Virus record (IMG/VR): IMGVR_UViG_3300012942_000050
Coordinates: 1 to 60,905 of that record
Reading direction: 5' to 3' (one strand)
Length of the DNA stretch: 60,905 bases
Source of the DNA: a virus
Lineage: Duplodnaviria; Caudoviricetes
In this document: positions 29,667-39,673 of the stretch, in pieces
Layout: every line of letters begins with the position of its first letter
How positions within the stretch are numbered: position 1 is the stretch's first letter
Position numbers and translations under genes: made by a program
The notes under the pieces: model-generated
The model's database searches: none
Told to the model about the DNA's origin: nothing
What the model saw: only the letters and a program-made list of their open reading frames with translations

Positions 29667-30490
29667 ACCGACCTCCGCATGTGGAGGTAACTCACACCGT
29701 TCCTGGACTGCGTGGCCAGGACTTTCCAGTCACCATCTGCCAAGGTGATGACTGTGCCATTGACGGGCGACGTCATGGCCACGGCCTGCATATCGCCACG
29801 CTCAAAATCCGTCGTCGCTTGGCTGAAGTAGGAGAAGTCCGTCTGCCAGCGCAGCTTGACAAGTTTGATAGGCGTGCTGGTCGTCGTCGGTGCCTCCGTC
29901 ACGGGGTCCAGGCTGGTGACGGTGATTGTGCCCGTCTCGACGGCCCCGGTGTCCAGCTCCTCACACACGGCTGCCTGGTGGCCTGCACTCGACGGATAGA
30001 CGTCGCGCACGATGTGCTGAGAGCCAGACAGTTCGATGAGCATGCCCTGTGCCAAGGTTTCAGCACGGGAGGTGAAAATCTGGAGCTGGTTGAACCGCTG
30101 GCTGTCCGTATTGACCTGTTCCGAGGACTTCACCCATATCCTGGAGGCATACGCCTGAGCTGGCTGCAGATCCTGCAGGATCTGAGGCAGCGTCCACAGA
30201 TTGGCCAGCCCCTCCGCCTCATGAAGAATGTACTTGTTACGGATCACATAGCCATTGAATGAGTCGATCTCATCGGCGCCCACCAACCAATTCCTGCCAT
30301 GGAACCGGATGACAAGACGTGGGGGCATCAGGGTGTCGGAGGCTACCTCGAAAACTCGACGCAACTCCGTCAACCCGTCACGGCGTGAATCGTCGTAGAC
30401 ATCGAGCTGCCCAGCTCCAAGCTCGACTCCGGAATAGGCGTCGCAGAACTTGGTGCGGTTGAAGTACTGAGCGATGTTGCTGAGCTTCAA
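29663..30490 (-). CDS. Putative head-tail joining protein
   Basis: Position between adaptor and neck genes; coupled stops and starts. Confidence 0.55.
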   Translation of the reverse strand: MKLSNIAQYFNRTKFCDAYSGVELGAGQLDVYDDSRRDGLTELRRVFEVASDTLMPPRLVIRFHGRNWLVGADEIDSFNGYVIRNKYILHEAEGLANLWTLPQILQDLQPAQAYASRIWVKSSEQVNTDSQRFNQLQIFTSRAETLAQGMLIELSGSQHIVRDVYPSSAGHQAAVCEELDTGAVETGTITVTSLDPVTEAPTTTSTPIKLVKLRWQTDFSYFSQATTDFERGDMQAVAMTSPVNGTVITLADGDWKVLATQSRNGVSYLHMRRSV

Positions 30491-30987
30491 GTACCGTCTC
30501 CCACCACCGGGTCATAGTCGGGTGTGGCAGCCAGCATGTAGATAGGTGTCGTGACAGTGCTGACAGATGACGACAAGGCGGCAAGGGCGTCAGTCAGGCG
30601 GCTGAGGTACAAGTCATACTTTTCCGATATTCCCTGGGCTGTGTCCTGGTAGGGTGTTCCAGAGAAACGCGACATAGCAGCTTTACCGTCAGTCACCGAC
30701 TTCGGCCCGAACATCGGCAGAGACGTACAGAGCTGCTTGGCGACGGAATACGTCGCAAACAGCTGGGTCAACCTGTACACGCTGGACTCCTTGTCCGTCC
30801 TGGTGCCCACAGTCTTCGCGCCAATGGTGGCGTAGGTGGACAACAGTGTGGCGGAGACGCTGTAAAGATCGTCCTCCAAGCCGTTGGAATACAGCGGGAG
30901 GGCCAGCGTGGCGTCTTCCAACTCATCATCCGACACGCCAAGCACGGACCGGATAGCGTCGTAAGAGGTGTAGTCGGAGATGTCCAC
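30487..30987 (-). CDS. Putative head-tail adaptor
   Basis: Helical 166 aa protein (YTSYDAIRSVLGV); position after capsid. Confidence 0.6.
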   Translation of the reverse strand: MDISDYTSYDAIRSVLGVSDDELEDATLALPLYSNGLEDDLYSVSATLLSTYATIGAKTVGTRTDKESSVYRLTQLFATYSVAKQLCTSLPMFGPKSVTDGKAAMSRFSGTPYQDTAQGISEKYDLYLSRLTDALAALSSSVSTVTTPIYMLAATPDYDPVVGDGT

Positions 30988-30992
30988 GGGGT

Positions 30993-31334
30993 TTACCCCA
31001 CCTTCACCAGTTTCCTGGCCCGGACCTGCACGTCAACCCAACCTGTGGCGGGTGCCAAGGTGGGTTTACCGCTGATCCACTGACCTGAGTCCGGATCACG
31101 CATGTCACCACCCGAAACGGTCTTGACGGTCACGTAGTCGCCGTCCTTGGGTTTGGCGTCGGAACGGACCTTAGCCAAGGTTTCAGCACTCGGTAAGTCA
31201 CGAATGCGGGCCGACTCCACTGGCGCCTTGGCATCAACGACAGCAGTGTCGTTACCGGTGCCAGATTGCTTTGCAGCCGCTTCAGCGGCGGCACGTTCGG
31301 AAGGGCGGGAAAAACGATTGTCTTTGTTACTCAT
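30993..31334 (-). CDS. Hypothetical virion-associated protein
   Basis: ORF directly after the capsid terminator. Confidence 0.6.
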   Translation of the reverse strand: MSNKDNRFSRPSERAAAEAAAKQSGTGNDTAVVDAKAPVESARIRDLPSAETLAKVRSDAKPKDGDYVTVKTVSGGDMRDPDSGQWISGKPTLAPATGWVDVQVRARKLVKVG

Positions 31335-31348
31335 AATCGTCCGAGATT

Positions 31349-31383
31349 AAAAAAGAAGGGGTGGTGCGGGCAGACACCACCCC
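31349..31383 (-). terminator. Intrinsic terminator after the major capsid gene
   Basis: Minus strand GGGGTGGTG-tctgcccg-CACCACCCC-TTCTTTTTT. Confidence 0.85.
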
Positions 31384-31398
31384 CGAGGGCGCCCCAAA

Positions 31399-32574
31399 TT
31401 ACTGCAGCTGCAGGACCGTGAAAGCCTGGTCGAACAGTCGCATGGCAGCAGTGCCCGAGTCCCACCGCATCGTGTTGCTGCGGGCGATCACGTCGGTTTC
31501 GGTTGCCTGGTAGTTGGCCGAAATGCTGTTGACGCGCTGGATGCCGAAGCGGCTGTCGATACCAAGGATGGTGTCGGCGGGCCAGTCTTCGTTGTCCGTC
31601 ACGAATACGTTGACGGTATCGGGAATCAGCGGATTCGCCACCTTCATCTTCGTGTCGATACGCGGGGAGAGGTTGTCATCACCCTGCACGGTCGGCGCAC
31701 CCGAGCGGTTCTGGATAGCCAGCGCACCGTCGATGTCCGTCACCACCCAGTCGATGTGGCGATACTTGTGGCCCGCGTACAGCCATTTGATCCAGGCAGT
31801 CTGGGTCAGCTTGTGCGCGGTAGCCGTCGAGTCCAGGGTGGTGGCGTTGACGTAGGCGCCGGAAACGTCGGCCAGCGCAGCCATCTTCACGTCCTCGTCA
31901 CCGTTGAGGATGGCGAGGATGTTGGCCTGAGCGCTGGCATCGCGCTGCACGGCGACCTGGCGGGCCACCGACAAGGCGATGATGTCAAGGCCCACGTTGT
32001 CCATGGCCTGGTCGGACCACTGGATGCCAAGCGCGACGGTCGGGATTGCCAGCGAGGAATCCGAAGTCGTCAGCGTCAGCATGTTGACCGGGCGGGCAAG
32101 CTGAGCAACTTGCTGGCTACGGGCCGACTCGGGCTTGTCGTAGTTCAGGATCGCACGCTTGAACTCGGTGCCCTCAATGGTTTCCGTGACGGCAACCAGG
32201 CGGTCGAAGGCGGCGGCGGCGGTGTTCAGATCGTTCGCCAGCTTGTCTTCGATGGTCGAGAGGATCGCAGCCTGGTACAGAATGCGGCTCTGCGGCACGT
32301 CGTTGCGGGTCGTCACAGCCGCCGAGCATGGGCCGGTGCCGTTGATGACGTCCTTCAGCTTCGTGGCGCGGATGCCCGTCTTGGGGTCGTTCTTGACGAA
32401 CAGGCCAAGGGAGGCACACATCTGCTGGAACGCCGGGGCATCGCCCTCTTTCGTGGGGTGCGCCTGGTTCAGGAAGGAAGCCACCGACATGTTCGCGTCA
32501 CGGGCCTCGCGGTAGATCGACACCGGAATGTCAACCTGCTGAATACTGCCATTCTGGTCGAAATAGCTAGCCAT
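31399..32574 (-). CDS. Major capsid protein
   Basis: 391 aa from MASYFDQ with AAGGA and A-rich leader; strong codon bias; follows protease and decoration genes; followed by a terminator. Confidence 0.85.
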   Translation of the reverse strand: MASYFDQNGSIQQVDIPVSIYREARDANMSVASFLNQAHPTKEGDAPAFQQMCASLGLFVKNDPKTGIRATKLKDVINGTGPCSAAVTTRNDVPQSRILYQAAILSTIEDKLANDLNTAAAAFDRLVAVTETIEGTEFKRAILNYDKPESARSQQVAQLARPVNMLTLTTSDSSLAIPTVALGIQWSDQAMDNVGLDIIALSVARQVAVQRDASAQANILAILNGDEDVKMAALADVSGAYVNATTLDSTATAHKLTQTAWIKWLYAGHKYRHIDWVVTDIDGALAIQNRSGAPTVQGDDNLSPRIDTKMKVANPLIPDTVNVFVTDNEDWPADTILGIDSRFGIQRVNSISANYQATETDVIARSNTMRWDSGTAAMRLFDQAFTVLQLQ

Positions 32575-32606
32575 TTTCTTTTTATCCTTATTAGGCTGTT
32601 TACGAG

Positions 32607-33023
32607 TTACACGCGACGGATCACGCCGTCCGACACCACTTCCCACATGTACTTCAGGACAGCTGTGGCGTCATAGTCAGCAGGCGCGGCGTAGGCTTTC
32701 ACCTTCGTCAAACCCGCAGTACCGGAGGAAGGGTTCGTGTCCACGACAACAAGCGTGCCAATTGCCAAGCTGTTGGTGTCCACGTTCGCATAGCCGGTCG
32801 TCTGGACGCCACCGATCTTGAAGCCGTCTTGCGTGCCGGACTCAATCGAGGTCATGAACCCGAAGATCTGATCACCGGAAGTAGCGGCCAACGAAACCTG
32901 GCTGTCCGCCGCCAACTTAACGGCCTTGCCTTTGTCCTGGTCCACGAGCGGCGCATCCTTCGCACCCATCCGGAAGGTTTCAGCTTCAACGCCGACAGTC
33001 GGCTTCACACTGAACTTAGCCAT
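32607..33023 (-). CDS. Putative head decoration protein
   Basis: 138 aa (DKGKAVKLAADS...IFGF) between protease and capsid genes; AAGGAG RBS. Confidence 0.7.
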   Translation of the reverse strand: MAKFSVKPTVGVEAETFRMGAKDAPLVDQDKGKAVKLAADSQVSLAATSGDQIFGFMTSIESGTQDGFKIGGVQTTGYANVDTNSLAIGTLVVVDTNPSSGTAGLTKVKAYAAPADYDATAVLKYMWEVVSDGVIRRV

Positions 33024-33046
33024 TTATTGTTCTCCTTGTTGGCCGT

Positions 33047-33688
33047 TTACAGTCGCGCAGCAGCAAGTTGTGCTTTGCGCAGGTTGGTTTGTCGAACCTC
33101 GTCGTCGGACGTCGTGTTTTCTTGCGAAATAGCGGCTACACCGCCCACTTTGAAGGTCGAGGCGAAGTCGGCACTGAGGGACTCATGCAGCTTCAGGACT
33201 TGGGCTTCCGGCATGTCGGAACAATCCACGGCACTGCGGTTGAGTGCCACGGACATCGCACCAATGGACTTGACGGCAATAGCCTTGAAGCCTTCCATGG
33301 CGCCCCGCAGAGCCTCCAGCTGCTGCGTGAGGGACTTGTTCTCGACCTTGGCGTCGATCAGTTGACCGTCCCGTTCCCGGATCTGCTCTTTGAGCAGCTT
33401 GACGGAACTGTCTTCACTCACCTCTAAAGTCGCTTGGACCACAGCGGGATCCGAAGTTTCCCCAGCAGGAGCGACAGTTTCAGCACCCACGTCTTCCTGG
33501 CCATTGTCGGCTCCAGTCTTGCGTGCCTCACCAGCCGCAGCCGCAGCCGCAGCCTCGGCTGCCGCAGCAACAACAGCAGCGGCGGCACCGACGGGCTGTC
33601 CGGAGCTGGAATCGGCAGAAAGGTGCCCCGCTGCGATGAGCTGAGCACGTACTGCTGAAGCAAGTGATTGTTTGTTGTTGTTTTTCAT
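33047..33688 (-). CDS. Nested in-frame scaffold protein (Nu3-like)
   Basis: Internal AATAACAACATAGGAGcaactATG in frame at codon 307; low-complexity and coiled-coil product. Confidence 0.7.
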   Translation of the reverse strand: MKNNNKQSLASAVRAQLIAAGHLSADSSSGQPVGAAAAVVAAAAEAAAAAAAGEARKTGADNGQEDVGAETVAPAGETSDPAVVQATLEVSEDSSVKLLKEQIRERDGQLIDAKVENKSLTQQLEALRGAMEGFKAIAVKSIGAMSVALNRSAVDCSDMPEAQVLKLHESLSADFASTFKVGGVAAISQENTTSDDEVRQTNLRKAQLAAARL

Positions 33689-34606
33689 AGTTGCTCCTAT
33701 GTTGTTATTTTCATAAGAAAAACCAGAATTGTCAAATGTTTTAGCAGAAATCACTGCTAAAACGTCTTCAAACCCTGAAATATTGTCGATAAGTCCGACA
33801 TTCTTAGCAGATTCTCCTACAAAGACCCTGCCCTGCCCCATCGGATCATGCACATACGAGACAGGTTTGTGCCGGTGCTCGGCCACATGCGCCTCGAACA
33901 CGGCAGCCTCGTCGTCAATCATGCGCTGCGTCTCTTCAATTGCCAGATCCGACAAGGGTTCGTTCGGACCGCCAAGCATCTTGTACTTGCCAGAACGGAT
34001 GACCTTGGCGTTGATCCCAGCATCGGCCATTGCCTTGCTGTACTCCACCAGGGTCGTCACGCAACCGATGGAGCCCACCATGGAGGTTTCCCCGGCGTGA
34101 ATCTCACGGGCGCTGCAGCCAAGCCAGTAGGCAGCCGAGCACATCTGGCCGTCCGAGTACGAGTAAACGGGCTTGACCTGGGTGTCGATCATCGCAATCA
34201 TCTCGCCCGTGTCATCCAGGCCGGAGACAGCGCCTCCGGGAGAGTCGATGTCCAGGAGAATGCCCTTGATTTTCGGATGCGTGGCGGCTTCTATTAGGGC
34301 GTTGCGTATGGAGTTGTACGAAACCAGGCCGAAGATCTGATTCCAGAACGAGTCGCTGTTGACAAGTGGTCCCTTGATCGACACGATACCCACGGTGCCC
34401 TCAATACGCAGCAATCGAGAGCGCGGCTCATTGGTGCTTACCTGGTCGTCGTCATCGTCGTCGTAATAGGATGCCTGAACGTCACCGGCAGCGAGCTTCG
34501 CCTTCACGGCTGCCACGATACTGGCATACTGCTTGGCGCCAGCCTCCGTGATGGCCATGACTTCGTACTCGTCCAACGGCCCCATACTGGCCAGAGCTTT
34601 CGCCAT
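33047..34606 (-). CDS. S49-family prohead protease with C-terminal scaffold
   Basis: ILLDIDSPGG, CSAAYWLG, VGSIG, RSGKYK (lambda gpC-like). Confidence 0.92.
   Translation of the reverse strand: MAKALASMGPLDEYEVMAITEAGAKQYASIVAAVKAKLAAGDVQASYYDDDDDDQVSTNEPRSRLLRIEGTVGIVSIKGPLVNSDSFWNQIFGLVSYNSIRNALIEAATHPKIKGILLDIDSPGGAVSGLDDTGEMIAMIDTQVKPVYSYSDGQMCSAAYWLGCSAREIHAGETSMVGSIGCVTTLVEYSKAMADAGINAKVIRSGKYKMLGGPNEPLSDLAIEETQRMIDDEAAVFEAHVAEHRHKPVSYVHDPMGQGRVFVGESAKNVGLIDNISGFEDVLAVISAKTFDNSGFSYENNNIGATMKNNNKQSLASAVRAQLIAAGHLSADSSSGQPVGAAAAVVAAAAEAAAAAAAGEARKTGADNGQEDVGAETVAPAGETSDPAVVQATLEVSEDSSVKLLKEQIRERDGQLIDAKVENKSLTQQLEALRGAMEGFKAIAVKSIGAMSVALNRSAVDCSDMPEAQVLKLHESLSADFASTFKVGGVAAISQENTTSDDEVRQTNLRKAQLAAARL
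33707..33735 (-). promoter_or_regulatory. Internal sigma70-like promoter within the protease gene
   Basis: TTGACA-17 nt-GAAAAT in an AT-rich patch just upstream of the internal RBS. Confidence 0.55.
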
Positions 34607-36129
34607 TATTGTTTCTCCTTCACAGGATTCTTCTTTTTGTTTTGGCCCTGTGCCCCCTTCGGCGCGTCGGACTTGAGGTTTTGGTTCATCGTGGAGCCGT
34701 CGTTGGACGCCCCACCGTAAGGATTGTCGGAGGCTGCCTGTGCTGAGCGGAACATCGTGCCCATGAGCGGCGTGTACCCCTGCGGCGGCAAGTTGCCGGT
34801 CAACTGGATGCTGGCCTCTTCGTCGGTAACCAAGCCAAGTGAGAGGAGTTCCAGCACGCGGGATTGCTTGGCCTGCTTGAAGGACTCCAACTCACTCTGC
34901 GGACGCAGGCTGATCGGATCGAACGCAAATTCCACGTACACGTCCTGGCCAAACAGCCTCACGGCCAAAGTCAGGATGCGCGAAAACATCTCGTTGAGCT
35001 TGAACTGGATCATGCCTTCGGCGTTCTGCATGAAGATCACAGTTTCCGTCGAGGCAATATTGCTGGACCCGACGTTGTGGCCAAGTATGGAGGGCAGCGT
35101 CTTTGCCCCCGTGGACATCTTGGCGTTACTCAACTCCGTGATTGCGCCGTACTCGTCGGAGAGGGAGATGTTCCCGTTATTCTCCAGTTCCACCTTCATC
35201 AGGTTGTTGAACACCAGCGCGTCGGAAGGTTCCAGGCTGTTGATAAGCTCCTGAATCGCCGTGACTTGGTTGTTGTAGTACTCCGCCGCTTTATCGGCAT
35301 CGTGCTGAGCCTCGGGCGGCATGTACTGCATGAATGACTTGTAGTCAATCTCAACCATCATGCGTGGGTGTACCGCCTTCCGCACCACGCGCTGAAGGTC
35401 AGCCAGGAACTGCTCAGAGAACAGCGTCGGCTTGATCGCGCTTTCGATGGGCGAAGCCGGGTACGCTTCCATCAACTCCAGGTCAAGCGCGACGTAGAAA
35501 AACGTCGGAATGTCCAGGTCGCGGTACTCGCCACTCACATTCTGTACAGGATGCAGAGTCCCATCCCCATCAGGCCTGAACTCTATGGTCGTCACCGTCA
35601 GCGGCTGGATCTTCAAAGGCAGTCGAGCCTTATCCAGAACCAACTCCGCCGCCATGCCGCCATACAGAAACAACTCCTTGGCCAAGGATTCGGACATGGA
35701 TCGGATGGAACTCAGGCCCGCGAACCCTTCGGAATAGTCCGGCAGCACGTCCAGGCGTGTCAGAATCTGTTTTGCCAAGCCGGTCGCATCGGGGTTGATC
35801 GTGCCGTCCGTATTGCGGGCGACGACGGTATAGTGGCGTGTGATGGCCGTGCGAAGATACGCGAACATCGACGCCGACAAATCGGGCGACGAATGCGCCA
35901 GGCTACGAATGACATTCCTGGTCCCTTGGCTGCGGGAAATCCGAGAAATGTCCGTCGTAGCGAGCTGACGGTCAGTGCGCGGCAGGCTGCTGTTGGGGTC
36001 CGTCTTGGCGGACTTCAGGTACGGCGGCAGCGCCTGCGCACCCTTCTTGACCTTCGGAGGTGCCACTGGCGGAAGCTGCGTGGAAGCGTCCACGCTGATC
36101 CCGAACCAGGACTTGATACGGTCGAGCAT
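34606..36129 (-). CDS. Portal protein
   Basis: 507 aa between terL and protease; helical; position typical of portals. Confidence 0.8.
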   Translation of the reverse strand: MLDRIKSWFGISVDASTQLPPVAPPKVKKGAQALPPYLKSAKTDPNSSLPRTDRQLATTDISRISRSQGTRNVIRSLAHSSPDLSASMFAYLRTAITRHYTVVARNTDGTINPDATGLAKQILTRLDVLPDYSEGFAGLSSIRSMSESLAKELFLYGGMAAELVLDKARLPLKIQPLTVTTIEFRPDGDGTLHPVQNVSGEYRDLDIPTFFYVALDLELMEAYPASPIESAIKPTLFSEQFLADLQRVVRKAVHPRMMVEIDYKSFMQYMPPEAQHDADKAAEYYNNQVTAIQELINSLEPSDALVFNNLMKVELENNGNISLSDEYGAITELSNAKMSTGAKTLPSILGHNVGSSNIASTETVIFMQNAEGMIQFKLNEMFSRILTLAVRLFGQDVYVEFAFDPISLRPQSELESFKQAKQSRVLELLSLGLVTDEEASIQLTGNLPPQGYTPLMGTMFRSAQAASDNPYGGASNDGSTMNQNLKSDAPKGAQGQNKKKNPVKEKQ

Positions 36130-36191
36130 TTGGGTGATGCCTCTTGTTATTGGCGTTATTTTGGCATATTTTGCTGATTTATGCCAGTTTT

Positions 36192-37874
36192 CTAGTTATT
36201 TTTCATCTTAAACTTCGATACCATAGTAGGAATGATTATCCTGCTGTGACTAATGCCAAGCATCCGGGCAGCCGTCCAGGCATACAGCGTCGCGTGGTGG
36301 AAGTGGTCATTGCCTTCCTTCGACTTGTTCCACACATGCTTCATTTCCTGCTCGGCAGTGAACATCTGGATCCGCTTCATGTCCTGGAGCTGCTTGACCC
36401 ATAGCTCGTCCATCTCATCGGATACTTTCAGGATCTGGCCATGTCGCAAGGCGTCCATCAGGGCGTCGAAGGCAACGTTGCGGTTGATATTGACCTGACG
36501 CAGCTCCTCCTCGGCCTCTTCCTTGTCCTCTTCCTTATCCACAACCTTATGAGTCTCAACAGACTTCTTGTTGACGTAGACGGAGGCGAAGAGGTTCATA
36601 TCCTGTGCCTGCATCCGATACACCGTCTCCGTGTACGGGTAGGCATCCACCACCGTCAATCGGGGCCAGTACTGGCGAGCCAACTCCTGGCGTCGCTCCA
36701 CCACCCTGGTGTAAGGGATCTGTTCGGCATGCACGATGATGAACCGCCCATCTGGCAGAACGGCGCCAACGATGCAGTGGCACAGCAAGCCCATGTCCAA
36801 GCCCATCACGTAACTCACACCTGACACTGACGTGGGCGCCAGAATGGCCGCACGTAGCTCAGACTCCAGCAGCGTTGACTCGGCATCAGCCATAGCCAAG
36901 CCAAGCCCGAAATTCACGAACTGCGACTGTCTGGTGTACTTGGTGCTGGTTTCAATGAGGTCCGGCACCGTCACGATGTTGGGCGCATCGAACGGGGATA
37001 TCTGGTAACCGACAGCCACGAAGTTCTCGGTGGGGTTCTCACACACCCACTGCCGATGCTCAATCTGCAGGCTGGGCGCCTTGCCACAGTGCGGACAAAT
37101 CACCGTCGCCTCGCGCCAGCGCAACGACGGCAGCAACCGCTTCGTGACCTCCGCCAAGGAGCCGTCGTACCCAGGAATCTTCACGTCCCGGTAGTAATCA
37201 GGGATGAACAGGTGGTTGCAGTGACAGCACTTCACGAAGTTGAAGTGCCGGCGAGATTCTTGGAACTCCTTGTCGATCCCGTAATTGGGCTGGGTCGGGG
37301 TCGAGAGCTTCTTCTTACGCTTGTGGGGACTGTGAGTCAGACGGGACTGGTACTGTTCGATAATGCCAAGGTCGGAGAAGTCGATCTCATCATGTATGAG
37401 TTCGTCTGCCGGGATCGAGATTGGGGCATTGCCTGAAGCCGAGCCCTTCATGTACAAAAACGATGACCCGATCTGCTTGACGGTTGAATTATCCGTCTGC
37501 TTGTCGATCATCTCCGACAAGTACGAGGACTCGGTGATGACCGGATCCACGCGAGTGGTCATCACGTTCGACGCGAACGTGGCAGTCGGCAAGGTGTAGA
37601 TCACCGTGTAGTACTGCTGGATCGCGCAGGACGCCACGGCCTGCCGTATGGAGGCTTCCGTCATCCCCACCTGGGAGGGTTTGCGGATCACGACCTCTCG
37701 GGAATCATCCGAAAGGATCTTCTCCTGGTACTCGTGATTCTTGAACGAGTACGGGCGCCCATTGATGGAGGTGTGTTTGCAAATCCACTCCGGGATACGA
37801 GAAAGGGTGAATTTCTCGTAGCTCCCGGTGCGCAGGCGCTCTAGGTGGTGCTCCTCTATACCGCCTTTGAGCAT
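36192..37874 (-). CDS. Terminase large subunit (lambda GpA-like)
   Basis: IRKPSQVGMTE Walker A, LIHDEID Walker B, STPT, Cys pairs, GLDMG nuclease, NDHFHHA. Confidence 0.93.
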   Translation of the reverse strand: MLKGGIEEHHLERLRTGSYEKFTLSRIPEWICKHTSINGRPYSFKNHEYQEKILSDDSREVVIRKPSQVGMTEASIRQAVASCAIQQYYTVIYTLPTATFASNVMTTRVDPVITESSYLSEMIDKQTDNSTVKQIGSSFLYMKGSASGNAPISIPADELIHDEIDFSDLGIIEQYQSRLTHSPHKRKKKLSTPTQPNYGIDKEFQESRRHFNFVKCCHCNHLFIPDYYRDVKIPGYDGSLAEVTKRLLPSLRWREATVICPHCGKAPSLQIEHRQWVCENPTENFVAVGYQISPFDAPNIVTVPDLIETSTKYTRQSQFVNFGLGLAMADAESTLLESELRAAILAPTSVSGVSYVMGLDMGLLCHCIVGAVLPDGRFIIVHAEQIPYTRVVERRQELARQYWPRLTVVDAYPYTETVYRMQAQDMNLFASVYVNKKSVETHKVVDKEEDKEEAEEELRQVNINRNVAFDALMDALRHGQILKVSDEMDELWVKQLQDMKRIQMFTAEQEMKHVWNKSKEGNDHFHHATLYAWTAARMLGISHSRIIIPTMVSKFKMKNN

Positions 37875-38356
37875 TATGACTTCGCGGTCGTGTACGCAGC
37901 GGCCAGGTCAGTGGTGGGATCGCCGATGCCGATATTGGCGCAGGCAAACCCCTGCTGCTCAGTCGTCAACGTCTGTGCCTGATCGAACCTCACACGATTA
38001 GCCAAGCTGGCGGTCAGGCTGCTCATGGCCGTGGTGTCACTGGCCACATAATCCGCCAACTCCTTGAGAGTGTCGTAGGCAGCCGGGGCGCCATTGACAA
38101 GTGCGGTGATCGCGTCAGTGATCTTCGTCTCAATCTCTGAGGACGAGTACGTGGTCGTCGTCGAGGCTGTGTCGTCGTCGATGACGGCGCCCCCGCCCGC
38201 GCTGGCGATGCTGGATTTCAACTCATTGAGCGCGGCGACCAAATTGTTCTTGGCGGTCGTGCTCAGGTTGGACAAGGTGCCCTGATTGGCGTACAGCTCC
38301 TTGACGTCGGCGCCAACGGCCTGGGCAAAAGCTACAAGATTGTCTGACTGGGACAT
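37874..38356 (-). CDS. Fibre-like virion protein
   Basis: LSTTAKNNLVAALNE and NGAPAAYDTLKELA blocks seen in phage fibre proteins; N-terminus similar to the neighbouring gene. Confidence 0.7.
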   Translation of the reverse strand: MSQSDNLVAFAQAVGADVKELYANQGTLSNLSTTAKNNLVAALNELKSSIASAGGGAVIDDDTASTTTTYSSSEIETKITDAITALVNGAPAAYDTLKELADYVASDTTAMSSLTASLANRVRFDQAQTLTTEQQGFACANIGIGDPTTDLAAAYTTAKS

Positions 38357-38398
38357 TGAAGTATCCTCTTATTGTTGAATGACAGGTGCTGCGAAGTA

Positions 38399-39076
38399 TC
38401 AGTTACTTGGCCATATGGAGTTCGACCAGGGTTGAAACCCGTCAGGAACGGCATACAGAAAGCCGCCCCCGAAGGAAATGGAAAATACGACCGCCTCATC
38501 CGAACACAGCGCAGCAGTGAGGGGATCCGTACCTGAAACAGCAATTCCCCCGACATTGGTAGCAGGGTCGGCTGTCGCGCTCCCGTTCCACTGCTGCCCA
38601 TTCGTCCTGAACCAGGCAGTCCTGTTGTCCGCGTCGTAAGCCACCGACACCACGTCATTGGCTGTACCGAAAGAAGATCCCGCAGCCGTGTTCGTGCCGT
38701 CCGTGTAAATGTTCCCGCTATTCTGGAACACGCCAACTTCCTGACCGTTGCCGTCATAACCAACCTGGGCTGCCAGATCCTCGTTGCGCCTGCACAACCC
38801 AACTGAAGCGTTCGATGACGTCGTACCAGACACGTACTTCGCCTCGAAGTACCACTTTCCGGCAGACAACGGCAACGTGCCAAGCACGACGGCCTGCCCT
38901 CCCCCGGCAAACGTGGCCTGCAAAAGCGTGGCGTCTAATGTCACAAGGCCTGACTTCATCACGGGATCCAACGTGGCCTTGAACATCGGTGCGAACGAAG
39001 CCATTGCTGCGTTCAATCTTTTGATGTCCGCACCGATTGCCTCAACCACGGCAGTAAGGTTGGCCAAGAGTGTCAT
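38399..39076 (-). CDS. SPRY/ConA-like domain virion protein
   Basis: GKWYFE, VG, NDVVSVAYD....WF..NG SPRY pattern; paralogous to the C-terminus of the 43419-45440 product. Confidence 0.75.
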   Translation of the reverse strand: MTLLANLTAVVEAIGADIKRLNAAMASFAPMFKATLDPVMKSGLVTLDATLLQATFAGGGQAVVLGTLPLSAGKWYFEAKYVSGTTSSNASVGLCRRNEDLAAQVGYDGNGQEVGVFQNSGNIYTDGTNTAAGSSFGTANDVVSVAYDADNRTAWFRTNGQQWNGSATADPATNVGGIAVSGTDPLTAALCSDEAVVFSISFGGGFLYAVPDGFQPWSNSIWPSN

Positions 39077-39279
39077 CAGTCTTTCGCCAATTGGTAATAC
39101 ATCAAGTAGTTCGTGTTATCAGACCCCTGGTCCATGAACAGGGCTGGGGAAATCTCCAGGACAATATTGTCGGCAGGCGTGGAGAACTGCACCTCACAAT
39201 CTTGCGCAGCCAGTGTCATGGACACGGGTGGCTGAATGGGTTGCAGGTCAATTTCAAGATCTCCGGCCTGTGCCATCAC
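39076..39279 (-). CDS. Small hypothetical protein
   Basis: Coupled to both neighbours; AGGAGG RBS. Confidence 0.55.
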   Translation of the reverse strand: MMAQAGDLEIDLQPIQPPVSMTLAAQDCEVQFSTPADNIVLEISPALFMDQGSDNTNYLMYYQLAKD

Positions 39280-39614
39280 GCCTCCTGAGTCACGGCCTTG
39301 AAGACATGCACATAAACCGTCTGAGTCGTTCTCACCTGGCCGTTGTTATCCGTCAGGCAGATATCCCACAGGTAGTTTCCGTGCGGCCACGCCTTCGTAT
39401 CCCCGTCGAAGAACACATGCAAGACAGAATCCGCCAGGAATTGACAAGTCAACTCAGCCAGCAGCTCCCGCCCTGGGTTATCGCGCCGAATCTGGGACGT
39501 CGCAGTCAGATCGCTCGTGTCCACGGCGGTCTTGTCACTGGACTGAACCACCGCGCCACTGAAACTGAAAGTCTCCCCTTGCTTTATGTCTAGGGTGGAG
39601 CCCTTGTAGTCCAT
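39276..39614 (-). CDS. Ig-like/BppU-like structural adaptor
   Basis: IKQGETFSF..SQIR..G.Y.WDI...V..T....V.V...VT pattern common in phage virion modules. Confidence 0.65.
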   Translation of the reverse strand: MDYKGSTLDIKQGETFSFSGAVVQSSDKTAVDTSDLTATSQIRRDNPGRELLAELTCQFLADSVLHVFFDGDTKAWPHGNYLWDICLTDNNGQVRTTQTVYVHVFKAVTQEA

Positions 39615-39639
39615 CCTGGCCTCTTCTAATAATTATCTT

Positions 39640-39660
39640 GCAATTTTACAGTAATATTGC
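39640..39660 (-). promoter_or_regulatory. Copy of 21-bp GCAA-N13-TTGC element
   Basis: GCAATTTTACAGTAATATTGC. Confidence 0.65.
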
Positions 39661-39673
39661 AATATTCTCCACG

